Source: Candidatus Uhrbacteria bacterium (GTDB lineage Bacteria; Patescibacteriota; Patescibacteriia; UBA9934; GWF2-40-263). Taken from it: DNA of 64,000 nt. Below are positions 11,862 to 22,044 of this stretch, in pieces. The notes below the pieces were generated by a model. The model was not told the origin of the DNA. It saw only the letters and a list, made by a program, of their open reading frames with translations, and ran no database searches. Position 1 is the first letter of the stretch. Every line of letters begins with the position of its first letter. Where the stretch lies: positions 87,493 through 151,492 of the forward strand of contig JBAXQK010000002.1 of NCBI GenBank assembly GCA_037131775.1, written 5' to 3'. The translations under genes were made by a program, and so were the position numbers.

Positions 11862-12485
11862 ATGCCCATCTACGACGACCCAAAGGAACCATTCAAAGCC
11901 GCCGCTTCCATCGCCGATCGCATCGACGCGGAAGGGGCGATCTCCCTCGCCGTCATCGACGTGCACCGTGCGCTCGACCTGTACTGGTCGGCGGCAAACC
12001 TGCCGTTCGCCCTCCAGCCGGAAACAACCGGTCGCGGCCACGTGCGGCAGCAGGTCGAGATCTCTCCGCTCTCGTACCTGTCCGGCGAGCACCCGATCGC
12101 CACGCTCGCGCGACGCGTCGTCGCCGACCTTTCCCGCGCGTTCGACTCGCTCGAACGGACGCCCTTTGCCACGCCGTTCGCACCGAACGACATCGTGCTC
12201 CAGCGCTACCAGCCCGGATCGATCGGCATCACGCCGCACCACGACGGAACCAGCCGCGTGAACCTCGTCTGCGTCCTCATGCTCTGGGGCGACGGCGAGT
12301 TCGCCCTCTGCGACGACCGCGCCGGAACGAATCCCCGCCCGATCTTCGCCCCGCCCGGTCACCTCATCCTCATGAAGGCCCCCGGCTTTCGAGGGGCCGA
12401 CCTCGGACCCTTCCACCTCATCTCCCGCATCTCCCGAGGCCGACTGATCCTTGGAATCCGCGAGAGACGCTTCCTGCCGCGTTAA
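11862..12485 (+). CDS. 2OG-Fe(II) oxygenase, AlkB-like
   Basis: RYQPGSIGITPHHDG (HxD), distal H and R (PFHLISRISRGRL). Confidence 0.8.
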   Translation: MPIYDDPKEPFKAAASIADRIDAEGAISLAVIDVHRALDLYWSAANLPFALQPETTGRGHVRQQVEISPLSYLSGEHPIATLARRVVADLSRAFDSLERTPFATPFAPNDIVLQRYQPGSIGITPHHDGTSRVNLVCVLMLWGDGEFALCDDRAGTNPRPIFAPPGHLILMKAPGFRGADLGPFHLISRISRGRLILGIRERRFLPR

Positions 12486-12515
12486 ACACGCGGTTTTTTG
12501 TTATACTGTCCCCGT

Positions 12516-13685
12516 ATGCCCAAACATCTCGCCGACTACGGCTCCGCGCCCGTCGACTTCGTCCGCGGAAACGGGTCCTACGTGTACGACAAGAACGGAA
12601 AGAAGTTCCTCGATTTCCAGACCGGCTGGTGCGTGGGCACCGTCGGATGGAAGAACAAGGAGATGGCCGAGGCGATCTCGGCCCAGGCGCGCGAGGGGTT
12701 CCATGAGCCGCCGTGGTTTCGCGTCGAGCGGCACGAGACGTTCGCGTCGCGCCTCGTCAAGCTCGCGCCGGGAAAGCTCAACCGCGTGTTTCGCGCGTGC
12801 TCAGGGTCCGAGGCGGTCGAGTTCGCCATCAAGGCCGCGCGCGCCGCGACGAAGAAACAGACGGTTGTGACGATCGAAGGCGTGTACCACGGCCACACGT
12901 ACGGTGCGGGATCGGTCGGAAACGCGTTCGGCGGAGTGCTGGAACCGTGCGACGGATTCGCGAAGGTACCGATGCCGAAGAATCAAAAGCAGGAAATCGA
13001 GACGCTCCGCGAGATCGAGGCGCTGTTCGCGCAGGGCGACGTCGCGGCATTCCTGTCCGAGCCGGTATGGACGAACGCCGGATGCTTCATCCCCTCGCCT
13101 GCCTTCTACCCCGCCGTCCAAACGCTTTGCCGCAACTACGGCGTCCTCCTTGCCATGGACGAAGTGGCCACCTGCATGGGCCGGTGCGGCAAAATGTTCG
13201 GATCGGAACTCTGGGGAATCGAGCCCGACATCGTCACGCTCGGCAAATCGTTCACGGGAGGGTACGCGACCATGGCCGCGACGCTGGTCACGGAATCCGT
13301 CTTCAAGAATGCCCGCGGCATCCCGTCGCATCCCACGTTCGGCTGGATGTTCCAGGACCTGGCCGCGGTCGAGAAGAACGTCGAGATCATCATCCGGGAC
13401 CGCCTCGACGAGAACGCGGCGGGCGTCGGCGCCTACCTGCTCGACCTTCTCAAGCCGCTCGAGTCGCTCAAAAAGGTCAAGGAAGTTCGCGGCATCGGCA
13501 TGGTCCTCGCCATCGAGTTCCACCTCCCCGTCGCCGTCCTCGTCGCCGCGAAATGCTACCGCGCCGGCCTGGTCGTCGAGTTCACCGATTCCAAGACCCT
13601 GTTCCTGAGCCCAATGCTCAACCTGAAAAAGTCCGACGCGCGCAAGGGAGCCGAGATCATCCGTGCCGCGTGCGGCCTGAAATAA
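12516..13685 (+). CDS. class III aminotransferase (PLP-dependent)
   Basis: SGSEAVEFAIK, YHG, DEVATCMGRCG, PDIVTLGKSFTGG. Confidence 0.92.
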   Translation: MPKHLADYGSAPVDFVRGNGSYVYDKNGKKFLDFQTGWCVGTVGWKNKEMAEAISAQAREGFHEPPWFRVERHETFASRLVKLAPGKLNRVFRACSGSEAVEFAIKAARAATKKQTVVTIEGVYHGHTYGAGSVGNAFGGVLEPCDGFAKVPMPKNQKQEIETLREIEALFAQGDVAAFLSEPVWTNAGCFIPSPAFYPAVQTLCRNYGVLLAMDEVATCMGRCGKMFGSELWGIEPDIVTLGKSFTGGYATMAATLVTESVFKNARGIPSHPTFGWMFQDLAAVEKNVEIIIRDRLDENAAGVGAYLLDLLKPLESLKKVKEVRGIGMVLAIEFHLPVAVLVAAKCYRAGLVVEFTDSKTLFLSPMLNLKKSDARKGAEIIRAACGLK

Positions 13686-13689
13686 TCCT

Positions 13690-14511
13690 ATGATCGACGA
13701 ATCCTCCCTTCCCGCCATCGATCGACTGTCCATGAACGACCGCGAAATTCTCTCCCGGCCTGAGATTCGCGGCGTCCTCTCCGGAATAAAGCCGGCCGCC
13801 TTCGAGGACTGGCACGGGACAATCCAGAATCTCCAGGGAATCCGCGACTATCTGTCGTCCATTGCAATCGACGCGCTTGTGACGCCACACATCATTATGA
13901 ACCGCGAAACCGTCGCGAAGCGAATCGCGGACGAGCCCGAGCTCGCGCGGCTTGCCGGCTGGCAGGACGGCGATTCGGTCGACCGGCTCGCGGAAAAATT
14001 CGAAGCGCTCGGTACCGCGAGCGAAAACGACGTCCTGCGCGGATTCCTTGTCGGATTTCCCGCGTCGGCCATCCTTGGATTTCAACGAAAGGAGGTCCTG
14101 GAGAAACAGGGCGTTCAGACGAGCCCGACCGAGTTCTTCAATCCGAAGTTTTCCGATCGCAATCCAAGCGCCGCCATCGACGAGGAAGGTCGCGCGCGGC
14201 TGGCAGCGTTGGCGGCAGAGTACGCCAACCTGCCGAGACTGAAATGGGAACGCGGCCCGGACCGTCCCACGGCCGAGGCGGTCGATGCGCTTCTCGACAG
14301 CCACCGCCAGGACATCTCGGATCTCTACCAACGCCTCTGGAACCTGTCGACATCGGACGCGGATGCGCTGGCATGGAGGAAAACCGTCGCGATCAAGGAT
14401 AGAAACGGTGGAAACCTGTATGAGTTCTCAGCCTTTGGAAAGGACGGCGACAAAGCCCCGGACGTGCTTGCCCTGCAGGAAAAGGCTCGAAACGCCAAGA
14501 GTCCAATTTAG
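13690..14511 (+). CDS. hypothetical protein
   Basis: 273-aa ORF starting 4 nt after the aminotransferase stop. Confidence 0.65.
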   Translation: MIDESSLPAIDRLSMNDREILSRPEIRGVLSGIKPAAFEDWHGTIQNLQGIRDYLSSIAIDALVTPHIIMNRETVAKRIADEPELARLAGWQDGDSVDRLAEKFEALGTASENDVLRGFLVGFPASAILGFQRKEVLEKQGVQTSPTEFFNPKFSDRNPSAAIDEEGRARLAALAAEYANLPRLKWERGPDRPTAEAVDALLDSHRQDISDLYQRLWNLSTSDADALAWRKTVAIKDRNGGNLYEFSAFGKDGDKAPDVLALQEKARNAKSPI

Positions 14512-14552
14512 CTGATCTTAGCTAAAAAACTGTCAATCAACCCCCAAAACGC

Positions 14553-14581
14553 TTGACGGAATCCCGGAAGTCTGATAGTAT
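14553..14581 (+). promoter_or_regulatory. sigma70-type promoter with extended -10
   Basis: TTGACG-17 bp-TAGTAT preceded by TGn. Confidence 0.7.
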
Positions 14582-14587
14582 CTCTTC

Positions 14588-14716
14588 TTGTGAGGCCAGA
14601 CAGCTAGCACTGGCAAGGATTCAAAGGTATCCCAAAAGGAACATTGTCACAGGAAAGTAGAAAGATAACACGCAGGAACTAGTAACACTGTTTACAGCCT
14701 GAACTGGTCTTCTCAA
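14588..14716 (+). ncRNA. candidate stand-alone small RNA
   Basis: Lies between a strong promoter and an intrinsic terminator, has no plausible ORF, and its 5' gaggccag can pair with 3' ctggtctt. Confidence 0.45.
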
Positions 14717-14732
14717 CTTCTGAATCAAAAAG

Positions 14733-14766
14733 AAATCGCCTCTCCGCTTGTCGGGGAGGCGATTTT
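14733..14766. terminator. intrinsic terminator, probably bidirectional
   Basis: aaatcgcctctccg-cttgt-cggggaggcgattt flanked by A and T runs. Confidence 0.75.
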
Positions 14767-14813
14767 GTTGGTCGCGGGGAAAAAAGAAAATCCAGGCCGT
14801 CTGGGCCTGGAAG

Positions 14814-15572
14814 CTACGGGGTCGCGGCAAGGAGCGCGCGCTCGACGAATCGCCTGGCGAGATCCGGGTCGATGCGATCGTGGCGGCGGATGTGGCGGGA
14901 CGCGACGAGCGACAGCGGGTCGAAGTCGCGGACGACCCGCGTGAATCCGGCGTCGAACCGTTCCGCGGAAAGTCCGCCGGCGAGTCCGTACGGGACCATC
15001 ACGCCCGCCTGACGGAGAAATCGAAGCACCAGCACGGCGCGGGCGTTGTCGATCGGAGCCCCGCACCCGGCGGCGAGGTCGAACATCACGGAGTCCACGA
15101 CGTCGATCCGCACGTACTCCGCGACGCGTTTCGCCACGCGCATCGGATCTTCGCTCAGGTCCATAAAGCACTCCTCCGACACCCACAGCACGAGACGAAC
15201 GTTCGGCCACTGGCGACGGAACTGCACGAGCGTGTCCCGCTTCGGCCAGACGGCGTGAAGGATGAGGACCGAGACGTTCGGGCACACGCACATCAGGTCG
15301 TAGAGCTGCTCCGCGAGCGACTGTTCCCACGACGGCGTGAAGTGTACCGCGATATCTGCCTTGTGACCGCCGGGCGTACACAGCTCCGCGAGCGTATCAC
15401 GCGCCGGGAGGAACGGACGGCTTGCCGCGCCATGCAGCGTCCACCAGTCCGCGTACGTCCCAAGCAGCAGGCGGTGCGATCGTTCCGCGAAGATCGGCGC
15501 GAGCTCCGACAGCCGCGCGAGCTCGTCCGGGCACTGCAGGCCCATCAGTCCAACGAATGAGGAAGAATTCAT
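14814..15572 (-). CDS. TrpF (PRA isomerase)-like TIM-barrel protein
   Basis: VMFDLAAGCG and YGLAGGLSAE motifs. Confidence 0.6.
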   Translation of the reverse strand: MNSSSFVGLMGLQCPDELARLSELAPIFAERSHRLLLGTYADWWTLHGAASRPFLPARDTLAELCTPGGHKADIAVHFTPSWEQSLAEQLYDLMCVCPNVSVLILHAVWPKRDTLVQFRRQWPNVRLVLWVSEECFMDLSEDPMRVAKRVAEYVRIDVVDSVMFDLAAGCGAPIDNARAVLVLRFLRQAGVMVPYGLAGGLSAERFDAGFTRVVRDFDPLSLVASRHIRRHDRIDPDLARRFVERALLAATP

Positions 15573-15640
15573 GCAATCTCCGGCTGGCGTACCCTACGGG
15601 TTCCGGAGCAATCTGTCAATCCCATGACAGCCGCGAGGTA

Positions 15641-16654
15641 TCAGCCGACAATCGCTTCCATCTTCCCCATCTTCTTTTGAAGATCGCGATAGAGCGCCAG
15701 CTGCCCCCTCGCCCGCGCCAGATTGTGCGCGCGGCGCGACGGATAGCGCGCGTCGTCCCAGCCGAAATAGCTGTCCTCGAAATAGTCCGCGAGAAAGCGC
15801 GAGGCGAGCTCGAGCGTGATCGTCGCGACGGACTTCGGGACGAGCTTGCGCTCGCGGGCGGAGATGAATCCGTCGGCAGCCTTGGCATACCCGTTCCATC
15901 CCGCCTTGAAGATGTCGAGCCGGAACGTATTCTTCGCGTCGTCCTCCTGCATGCCACACCACGACCGGAACATGTCGCCGGTCTCGACGAGCAACGGTCG
16001 TCGATTGCACGTGTCGAGGTCGACGACGCCGGAGGCGCGACCCTTGTCGTCGAAGAGGAGGTTCGAGATCTTCGGGTCACCGTGGATCGCGCGCAACGGA
16101 AGCGACGCGGGGAGCAGGACCTTGTGCATCTCGTTCGCGACGAACGCCACGTCCTCGGCCACGTCGTCGAGCAGCGGGTTCTTCCAATTCTTCTTGACGA
16201 CCTTCACGAACGTCGCGAAGATCTTTTCCGTCTCGTGCAAAATCTTCTTCGACTTAAAGTCGTACTTCAGTCCCGCCATCGTCTTGTGCAGCCGCCCGAA
16301 CATCGCCCCGGCCTCGCGTGCCATCTTCGCGTCACGAACGGCGGTGAACGTCGCGCCCGGCAGGAACGTCTGCACGCGCCAAACCCTTCCCTCCGCGTCC
16401 TTGGCGAGGACCTGCAGCTTCTTCGTGACGACGGTCTTCGGCGCCGGGAATCCCTTGTCGTTCAGGAACGTCGTGACGACGAAGAAGTCCTTCCCAATCG
16501 CAGCCGAAGCCAGCACCGGGTGCAGGCGCTGGGCAATGAAGGTTCCGTTCTTGGCCGAAATCTGATATGTTTGGTGAATCAAACCGATGGAAATCGGCTT
16601 AACAGACTTGATCGCCCCGAAATCATACGCGTCGACAATGTCTTGTGGAATCAT
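15641..16654 (-). CDS. aminoglycoside phosphotransferase / sugar kinase family protein
   Basis: GLIHQTY, HGDPKISNLLFD, DLDT. Confidence 0.88.
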   Translation of the reverse strand: MIPQDIVDAYDFGAIKSVKPISIGLIHQTYQISAKNGTFIAQRLHPVLASAAIGKDFFVVTTFLNDKGFPAPKTVVTKKLQVLAKDAEGRVWRVQTFLPGATFTAVRDAKMAREAGAMFGRLHKTMAGLKYDFKSKKILHETEKIFATFVKVVKKNWKNPLLDDVAEDVAFVANEMHKVLLPASLPLRAIHGDPKISNLLFDDKGRASGVVDLDTCNRRPLLVETGDMFRSWCGMQEDDAKNTFRLDIFKAGWNGYAKAADGFISARERKLVPKSVATITLELASRFLADYFEDSYFGWDDARYPSRRAHNLARARGQLALYRDLQKKMGKMEAIVG

Positions 16655-16667
16655 ATCCGGGTAGTTC

Positions 16668-17252
16668 GTGACTTTCGTAATATTATTCGTACTTCGTGAC
16701 CCTGTGGATTATATCACCCCCGCGCTCTCTGTCACTCTCCTCGTGCTGCTCGCCGTTTCCGCCGTCGGCCTCTGGTACGTCATCCAGCTCATGCTTCCTC
16801 TCATCCACTACGGAGGCCCGTACGTGGTCTCCCGCTCGGAACACGTCGACGCGATGATTCGCCTGGCGAAGCTGACGCCCGCCGACCGCATCACCGACCT
16901 CGGCTCCGGCGACGGCCGCATCGTCATCGCCGCAGCCTCGGAGGGAGTCGCTGACGCCCTCGGAATCGAGATCAATGGCGCGCTCGTGAAGGCGTCCGAG
17001 TTTTCCTCCCACCGCCTCGGCCTCAAGAACGCCCGCTTCGTCCGCGAGTCCTTCTGGAAATCAAACATCTCGGACCGCACGGTCGTATTCCTCTACCAGG
17101 TCCCATACGCGATGCGAAAGCTCGAGACAAAACTCCAGGAAGAACTCCCGCCCGGCGCGCGCGTGATCTCGAACGACTTCAAGTTTGTAAACTGGAAACC
17201 CATCGAGGAGCACGGGAGAATCCGCATCTACGTAAAAAGCGAGGTCGCCTGA
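16668..17252 (+). CDS. class I SAM-dependent methyltransferase with N-terminal TM (start uncertain)
   Basis: DLGSGDGRIV, GIEIN, PGARVISNDF. Confidence 0.88.
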   Translation: MTFVILFVLRDPVDYITPALSVTLLVLLAVSAVGLWYVIQLMLPLIHYGGPYVVSRSEHVDAMIRLAKLTPADRITDLGSGDGRIVIAAASEGVADALGIEINGALVKASEFSSHRLGLKNARFVRESFWKSNISDRTVVFLYQVPYAMRKLETKLQEELPPGARVISNDFKFVNWKPIEEHGRIRIYVKSEVA

Positions 17253-17264
17253 CCCCGCTTTTTT

Positions 17265-18428
17265 CTATTCCTTAGTAACCGGCATCTTCGAGATCTCCTT
17301 CATCTCGGCCCGCAGCTGATCGGCGAGACCCGCGAGTCGCGCTGGGTCGGCGTAGGCGGCCGCTTCCCGTGCGATCCGAGACGACGCGACGAACTCAGGC
17401 CGATCGTCGGGACGCAGGATTCGCTCGGCGTCCTTCCGACAGTCCGACAACATCTCGTCGAGTTCGCCATGGGCGTTTCCCCAGTGGGGCGGACCAGGCC
17501 AGAAGTCCGCGGCGGTCGCGAGCTCTTCCGCGAGCACGTCGATCTCGGCGACCTTGGCGTACAGCTCGACGGACGACGGTCCCTTCGTCCCCCGCTTGAA
17601 CGACGGGAACGCGCGCTTCGCCGCCTCAATGGCCGTCACAACGCGAGACATCAGGTCGACGGGAACGGGCTCGGTCGCGCAGAGAATCTGCATGTGCGCC
17701 AGAACGCCCTCCAGGTCGCCGACGAGGTCCCTTCCGTTTCCAATGGCCGCAAGCGCGCGGTCAATTTCTTTTTTCATGGTGACACCCCGCGCCTTGGCGC
17801 CGAGCGCGTCACGCAGCCGCGTCAACAGCATCTCATGAACCGGATCAATCCGATGTTCCAACGCCGAATGACTCACGATGGTCTCGCTTAGTTCCAAAAC
17901 GTCCGTCGATCCTGGAATTTCCGACCATGGAAACCGGTCTTCCGGCATGTCCTCGGCGTCAGAGACGAAGGTCGTCATGACACGCGCCGACGGAAACGCC
18001 TCCTGAAATACCCGCGTTGCCGTTTCCAGCGTTTTGCCCGTCGCAGACAGATCGTCGACGATCATCACGTCCTTGTCCGCAAACTGGCTGCCGAACAGCC
18101 TTCGCAGCTCCGCGACCGCGTCCGGAGAAACAGAACGCGGGGCATCGATCGCCAGCCTCCCTCCTTCCGGCTTCCCCACGTTCATAAACCGAATCTGCGG
18201 ACGGTTCAGCATCCCATGATTTTTCTTCCACACCTCGCGGACCAACCACGAGATCGGCCGTGCGCTCTTGTCGAGAAACACGAGCGCGTGCGTCCCGTTG
18301 TGGTATGCCGCCTCGACGATCGCCTCCGTCCGGTCGCGCAGCAGCCGACGAACATGCGAATCGCGCACGATCCGAAACTCGACGGACTTCGCGGTTTCTT
18401 GCTCGACGGACGGACGATTCTCGTTCAT
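17265..18428 (-). CDS. phosphoribosyltransferase-domain protein
   Basis: FLDKSARP and the VMIVDDLSATGKTL PRPP-binding loop. Confidence 0.7.
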   Translation of the reverse strand: MNENRPSVEQETAKSVEFRIVRDSHVRRLLRDRTEAIVEAAYHNGTHALVFLDKSARPISWLVREVWKKNHGMLNRPQIRFMNVGKPEGGRLAIDAPRSVSPDAVAELRRLFGSQFADKDVMIVDDLSATGKTLETATRVFQEAFPSARVMTTFVSDAEDMPEDRFPWSEIPGSTDVLELSETIVSHSALEHRIDPVHEMLLTRLRDALGAKARGVTMKKEIDRALAAIGNGRDLVGDLEGVLAHMQILCATEPVPVDLMSRVVTAIEAAKRAFPSFKRGTKGPSSVELYAKVAEIDVLAEELATAADFWPGPPHWGNAHGELDEMLSDCRKDAERILRPDDRPEFVASSRIAREAAAYADPARLAGLADQLRAEMKEISKMPVTKE

Positions 18429-18444
18429 ACGGAGACAGTTTAGC

Positions 18445-18577
18445 AAAAGAGACAAGATCCAAGAAGAGCAGGAGACAAGGAATGTTCAGGGATCAAAGAA
18501 AAGAGTCCAAGGATTTGACCCCTGGACCTTAATCTTATAATCTCCCTGTTTCTTGTCTTCTTGAATCTTGTCTCTTT
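18445..18577. repeat. intergenic hairpin of short-period caaga/tcttg repeats
   Basis: aaagagacaagatccaagaaga ... tcttcttgaatcttgtctcttt; related to 47618-47743. Confidence 0.75.
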
Positions 18578-18586
18578 CTTCTCTTG

Positions 18587-20686
18587 TTATGTCACGCGGC
18601 GGTTCATTCCGGAGCGCTTCTCGATGATTTCCTTCGAGACGTTGCTCGGGACCTCCTCGTAGTGGTCGAACTGCATCGAGTAGGACCCGCGGCCCTGCGA
18701 GATGGAGCGGAGCTGGGTCGCGTAGCCGAACAGTTCGGCGAGCGGGACGAAGGCGGTGATGACCTTGACGCCGGAGCGCTCGGTCATCTCCTGGATCTGT
18801 CCGCGCTTGGAGTTCAGGTCGCCCACGATGGTTCCCATGTACTCCTCCGGCATGACGACTTCCACGCTCATCATCGGCTCGAGCAGGATCAGGCCGGCCT
18901 TGCGGGCCGCGTCCTGGAACGCCATGGAACCGGCGATCTTGAACGCCGCCTCGTTGGAGTCCACGTCGTGGAACGATCCGTCGGTCAGCGTCACCTTCAC
19001 GTCGAGCACCGGGTAGCCCGCGAGCACGCCGCGGTCGGCGGCCTCGTGCGCTCCCTTGTCGATCGCGTTCCAGAACTCGCGCGGCACCGAGCCGCCCTTG
19101 ATCTCCTCGGAGAACTCGTAGCCCTTGTTGGCCTCGTTCTTCTCGAGGCGGATGCAGGCGTGGCCGTATTGTCCGCGCCCTCCCGTCTGCTTGATGTACT
19201 TTCCTTCTCCCTCGGACATGTCGGCCTTGATCGTCTCGCGGTACGACACCTGCGGGGCGCCCACGTTGGCCTCCACCTTGTACTCGCGCTTCATGCGGTC
19301 GACGATGATGTCGAGGTGCAGCTCGCCCATGCCGGAGATGATGACCTGGTTGGTCTCGTCGTCGGTGCGGACGCGGAAGGTCGGATCCTCTTCGGCAAGT
19401 CGCTGAAGGGCCGTTCCCATCTTTTCCTGGTCGACCTTCGTCTTCGGCTCGATGGCGATGGAGATGACCGGCTCCGGGAACACGATGGCCTCGAGGATCA
19501 CCGGGTTGTTCTCGTCGCAGAGCGTGTGTCCCGTGAACGTGGACTTGAGACCCACGGCCGCGGCAATTTCTCCGGCGAACACCTCGTCGATTTCCTCGCG
19601 CTTGTTGGCGTGAAGGCGGACGATGCGGCTGATGCGCTCGCGCTCGCCGTTGAGCGGGTTGAGCACGTACGATCCGGCCTTCACCGAGCCCGAGTACACG
19701 CGGAAGAAGGCGAGCTTGCCCACGAACGGGTCGGCCGCGATCTTGAACGCGAGGGCGGAGAACGGGGCGGAGTCCGAGGTCGGTCGCTCGACGCGCTCCT
19801 CCAGGTTGTCCGGGTTATGGGCGACGACGGACGGAATGTCCAGCGGGCTTGGGAGGTAGTCGACGATGGCGTCGAGCATGAACTGCACGCCCTTGTTCTT
19901 GAGCGCGGATCCGCACAGCACCGGGATGATCTCCACCTTGATGGTGGCCTTGCGCAGCGCGACCTTGAGCTCTTCGATTCCCGGCTCCTCGCCGGCGAGG
20001 TACTTGGTCATGAGCGCGTCGTCGGTGGCGCAAATCGCTTCGATGAGACGGCCGTGGTAGTCGGCGGAGATCGCCTTCATGTCCTCCGGAATCTCCAGCT
20101 CGTCGATCACCTTGCCCTGGTCGTCGCGGTAGTAGAACGCCTTCATCTTGAGAAGGTCGACGACGCCGACGAAATCAGCCTCGGTTCCGATCGGAAGCTG
20201 GAGCGGGTACGCTTTCTTGGTGAGACGGTCGGCGATCGACTTCAGGTCCTTGTAGAAGTCGGCGCCCGTTCGGTCGAGCTTGTTGATGAAGCAGAGGCGC
20301 GGCACGTTGTAGTCGTCCGCATAGCGCCAGTTGGTCTCGGACTGCGGTTCCACGCCGGCGACGCCGTCGAAGATGACGCACGCGCCGTCGAGCACGCGAA
20401 GGGAGCGCTTCACCTCAACGGTGAAGTCGATGTGTCCCGGGGTGTCGATCAGGTTCATGCAGTGGTCCTTCCAGAAGCAGGTGGTGGCGGCGGCGGTAAT
20501 GGTGATGCCGCGCTCGCGCTCCTGTTCCATCCAGTCCATGACAGCCTCTCCCTCGTGCACCTCGCCAATCTTGTGCGAGCGGCCGGTGTAGAAAAGCACG
20601 CGCTCGGAAACCGTGGTCTTTCCGGCGTCGATGTGCGCGATGATTCCGAAGTTGCGCGTTTTTTCAAGTGGGTATTGTCGGGGCAT
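18587..20686 (-). CDS. fusA: elongation factor G
   Basis: [28 protein letters not shown]. Confidence 0.99.
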   Translation of the reverse strand: MPRQYPLEKTRNFGIIAHIDAGKTTVSERVLFYTGRSHKIGEVHEGEAVMDWMEQERERGITITAAATTCFWKDHCMNLIDTPGHIDFTVEVKRSLRVLDGACVIFDGVAGVEPQSETNWRYADDYNVPRLCFINKLDRTGADFYKDLKSIADRLTKKAYPLQLPIGTEADFVGVVDLLKMKAFYYRDDQGKVIDELEIPEDMKAISADYHGRLIEAICATDDALMTKYLAGEEPGIEELKVALRKATIKVEIIPVLCGSALKNKGVQFMLDAIVDYLPSPLDIPSVVAHNPDNLEERVERPTSDSAPFSALAFKIAADPFVGKLAFFRVYSGSVKAGSYVLNPLNGERERISRIVRLHANKREEIDEVFAGEIAAAVGLKSTFTGHTLCDENNPVILEAIVFPEPVISIAIEPKTKVDQEKMGTALQRLAEEDPTFRVRTDDETNQVIISGMGELHLDIIVDRMKREYKVEANVGAPQVSYRETIKADMSEGEGKYIKQTGGRGQYGHACIRLEKNEANKGYEFSEEIKGGSVPREFWNAIDKGAHEAADRGVLAGYPVLDVKVTLTDGSFHDVDSNEAAFKIAGSMAFQDAARKAGLILLEPMMSVEVVMPEEYMGTIVGDLNSKRGQIQEMTERSGVKVITAFVPLAELFGYATQLRSISQGRGSYSMQFDHYEEVPSNVSKEIIEKRSGMNRRVT

Positions 20687-20701
20687 AAGGCGTTGTGAGG
20701 G

Positions 20702-20764
20702 TGGTAAAAATGGTAAAATTGGTTAATTGGTTATGACCAACTTAACCAATTTTACCAATTTACC
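20702..20764. repeat. intergenic hairpin of ~9-bp tggtaaaa/ttttacca repeats
   Basis: tggtaaaaatggtaaaattggttaattgg / ccaacttaaccaattttaccaatttacc. Confidence 0.75.
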
Positions 20765-20768
20765 TATA

Positions 20769-21236
20769 TTATCTCGCAAAGTGAGCAAACGCGCGGTTGG
20801 CTTCGGCCATGCGCTGGACGTCGGCCTTCTTCTTCACGGCGTCGCCCTCGTTCTTGGACGCGGCGATGAGCTCGTCAGCAAGCTTCTGCGCCATCGGGCG
20901 GCCCTTCTTGGCGCGCGTGGCAATGAGGATCCAGCGGGCGGCCAGCATGAAGCGGCGCTCTCCGCGAACCGGCATCGGAACCTGGTAGTTGGCTCCTCCC
21001 ACGCGCTTGGACTTGACCTCGAGCGTCGGCATGACGTTCTTGAGCGCGTTCTCGAAGGTTTCCACCGGGCTCGACGAGGTCTTCTTCTCCATGATGTCGA
21101 AGCAGTCGTAGATCACGCGCATCGCGGTGCTCTTCTTGCCGTCGTGCATGATGAGGTTGGTGAAGCGTGCCACGTTCTCATTGTTGAACTTCGGGTCCGG
21201 GGTAATCTGACGGCGTACAGCTTGCTTTCCGCGCAT
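20769..21236 (-). CDS. rpsG: 30S ribosomal protein S7
   Basis: KSKRVGGANYQVP...MAEANRAFAHF. Confidence 0.98.
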   Translation of the reverse strand: MRGKQAVRRQITPDPKFNNENVARFTNLIMHDGKKSTAMRVIYDCFDIMEKKTSSSPVETFENALKNVMPTLEVKSKRVGGANYQVPMPVRGERRFMLAARWILIATRAKKGRPMAQKLADELIAASKNEGDAVKKKADVQRMAEANRAFAHFAR

Positions 21237-21335
21237 ATCTTTAGTTGATAGGTCCCCGACCGGTGACTTCCTCCCTGCGTGGGGAGTACTCCGTCGGGGC
21301 TTTATTAGTTACAAATTACTCACGACTGCCACAAA

Positions 21336-21788
21336 CTACTTTTTCTTGCCAGCGCCCTTCGCGACCGCTCCGGCCTTCGGCTTCTTCTGGCCGTAGAGCG
21401 AGCGTCCCTTGCGACGGTCAGCGACACCCTGGGTGTCGTAGACTCCGCGAACGATGTGGTAACGAACGCCAGGAAGATCCTTCACGCGTCCGCCGCGGAT
21501 GAGCACGATGGAGTGCTCCTGCAGGTTGTGCCCTTCTCCCGGGATGTAGGCCGTGACCTCCGTGCCGTTGGAAAGGCGCACGCGCGCGATCTTGCGGATG
21601 GCGGAGTTCGGCTTCTTCGGCGTCATGGTCGTGACCTTCACGCACACGCCGCGCTTGAAGGCGGATCCCTTCGAAAGCATGGTGCGCTTGCGGTGCAACG
21701 AGTCGAGCGCGTACTGCAGCGCCGGGGACTTGGACTTAACGTTCTCGGTGGAGCGACCCTTGCGGATCAGCTGGTTCATCGTTGGCAT
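21336..21788 (-). CDS. rpsL: 30S ribosomal protein S12
   Basis: [11 protein letters not shown]...[13 protein letters not shown]. Confidence 0.99.
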   Translation of the reverse strand: MPTMNQLIRKGRSTENVKSKSPALQYALDSLHRKRTMLSKGSAFKRGVCVKVTTMTPKKPNSAIRKIARVRLSNGTEVTAYIPGEGHNLQEHSIVLIRGGRVKDLPGVRYHIVRGVYDTQGVADRRKGRSLYGQKKPKAGAVAKGAGKKK

Positions 21789-21904
21789 AACGGATGTGAT
21801 ACATTAAGAAGCCGGGCGTTAAGGCCGATTGGGTCAGGTGACCTTCGGCTGGGCCCATAAAATATGGCCGTAAAGTATCATGGGGGGTTAAATGCGTCAA
21901 CAGG

Positions 21905-22026
21905 TTGCGAATAACGAATTTGTTACTAAATTGCATATGACACGAATGGCAGCGAACGTCACGAATTCGCAACGTTCGCAACAATTGGTATCATATGCAA
22001 TTTAGTAACAAATTCGTTATTCGCAA
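21905..22026. repeat. perfect 36-bp inverted repeat with 50-bp spacer (MITE-like)
   Basis: 21905-21940 is the exact reverse complement of 21991-22026. Confidence 0.92.
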
Positions 22027-22044
22027 ATCCCGCCTTTTTTCTCG

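Noticed and set aside
14588-14716. RNase P RNA (ccagacag and ggaaagt resemble its 5' motifs)
   Set aside because: Too short and no matching P4 3' strand is visible; left as an unassigned ncRNA candidate
18584-20698. Long antisense ORFs (704 aa opposite fusA; also opposite rplB, infB, leuS and the SLT gene)
   Set aside because: Shadow ORFs expected from high-GC codon bias opposite well-supported genes
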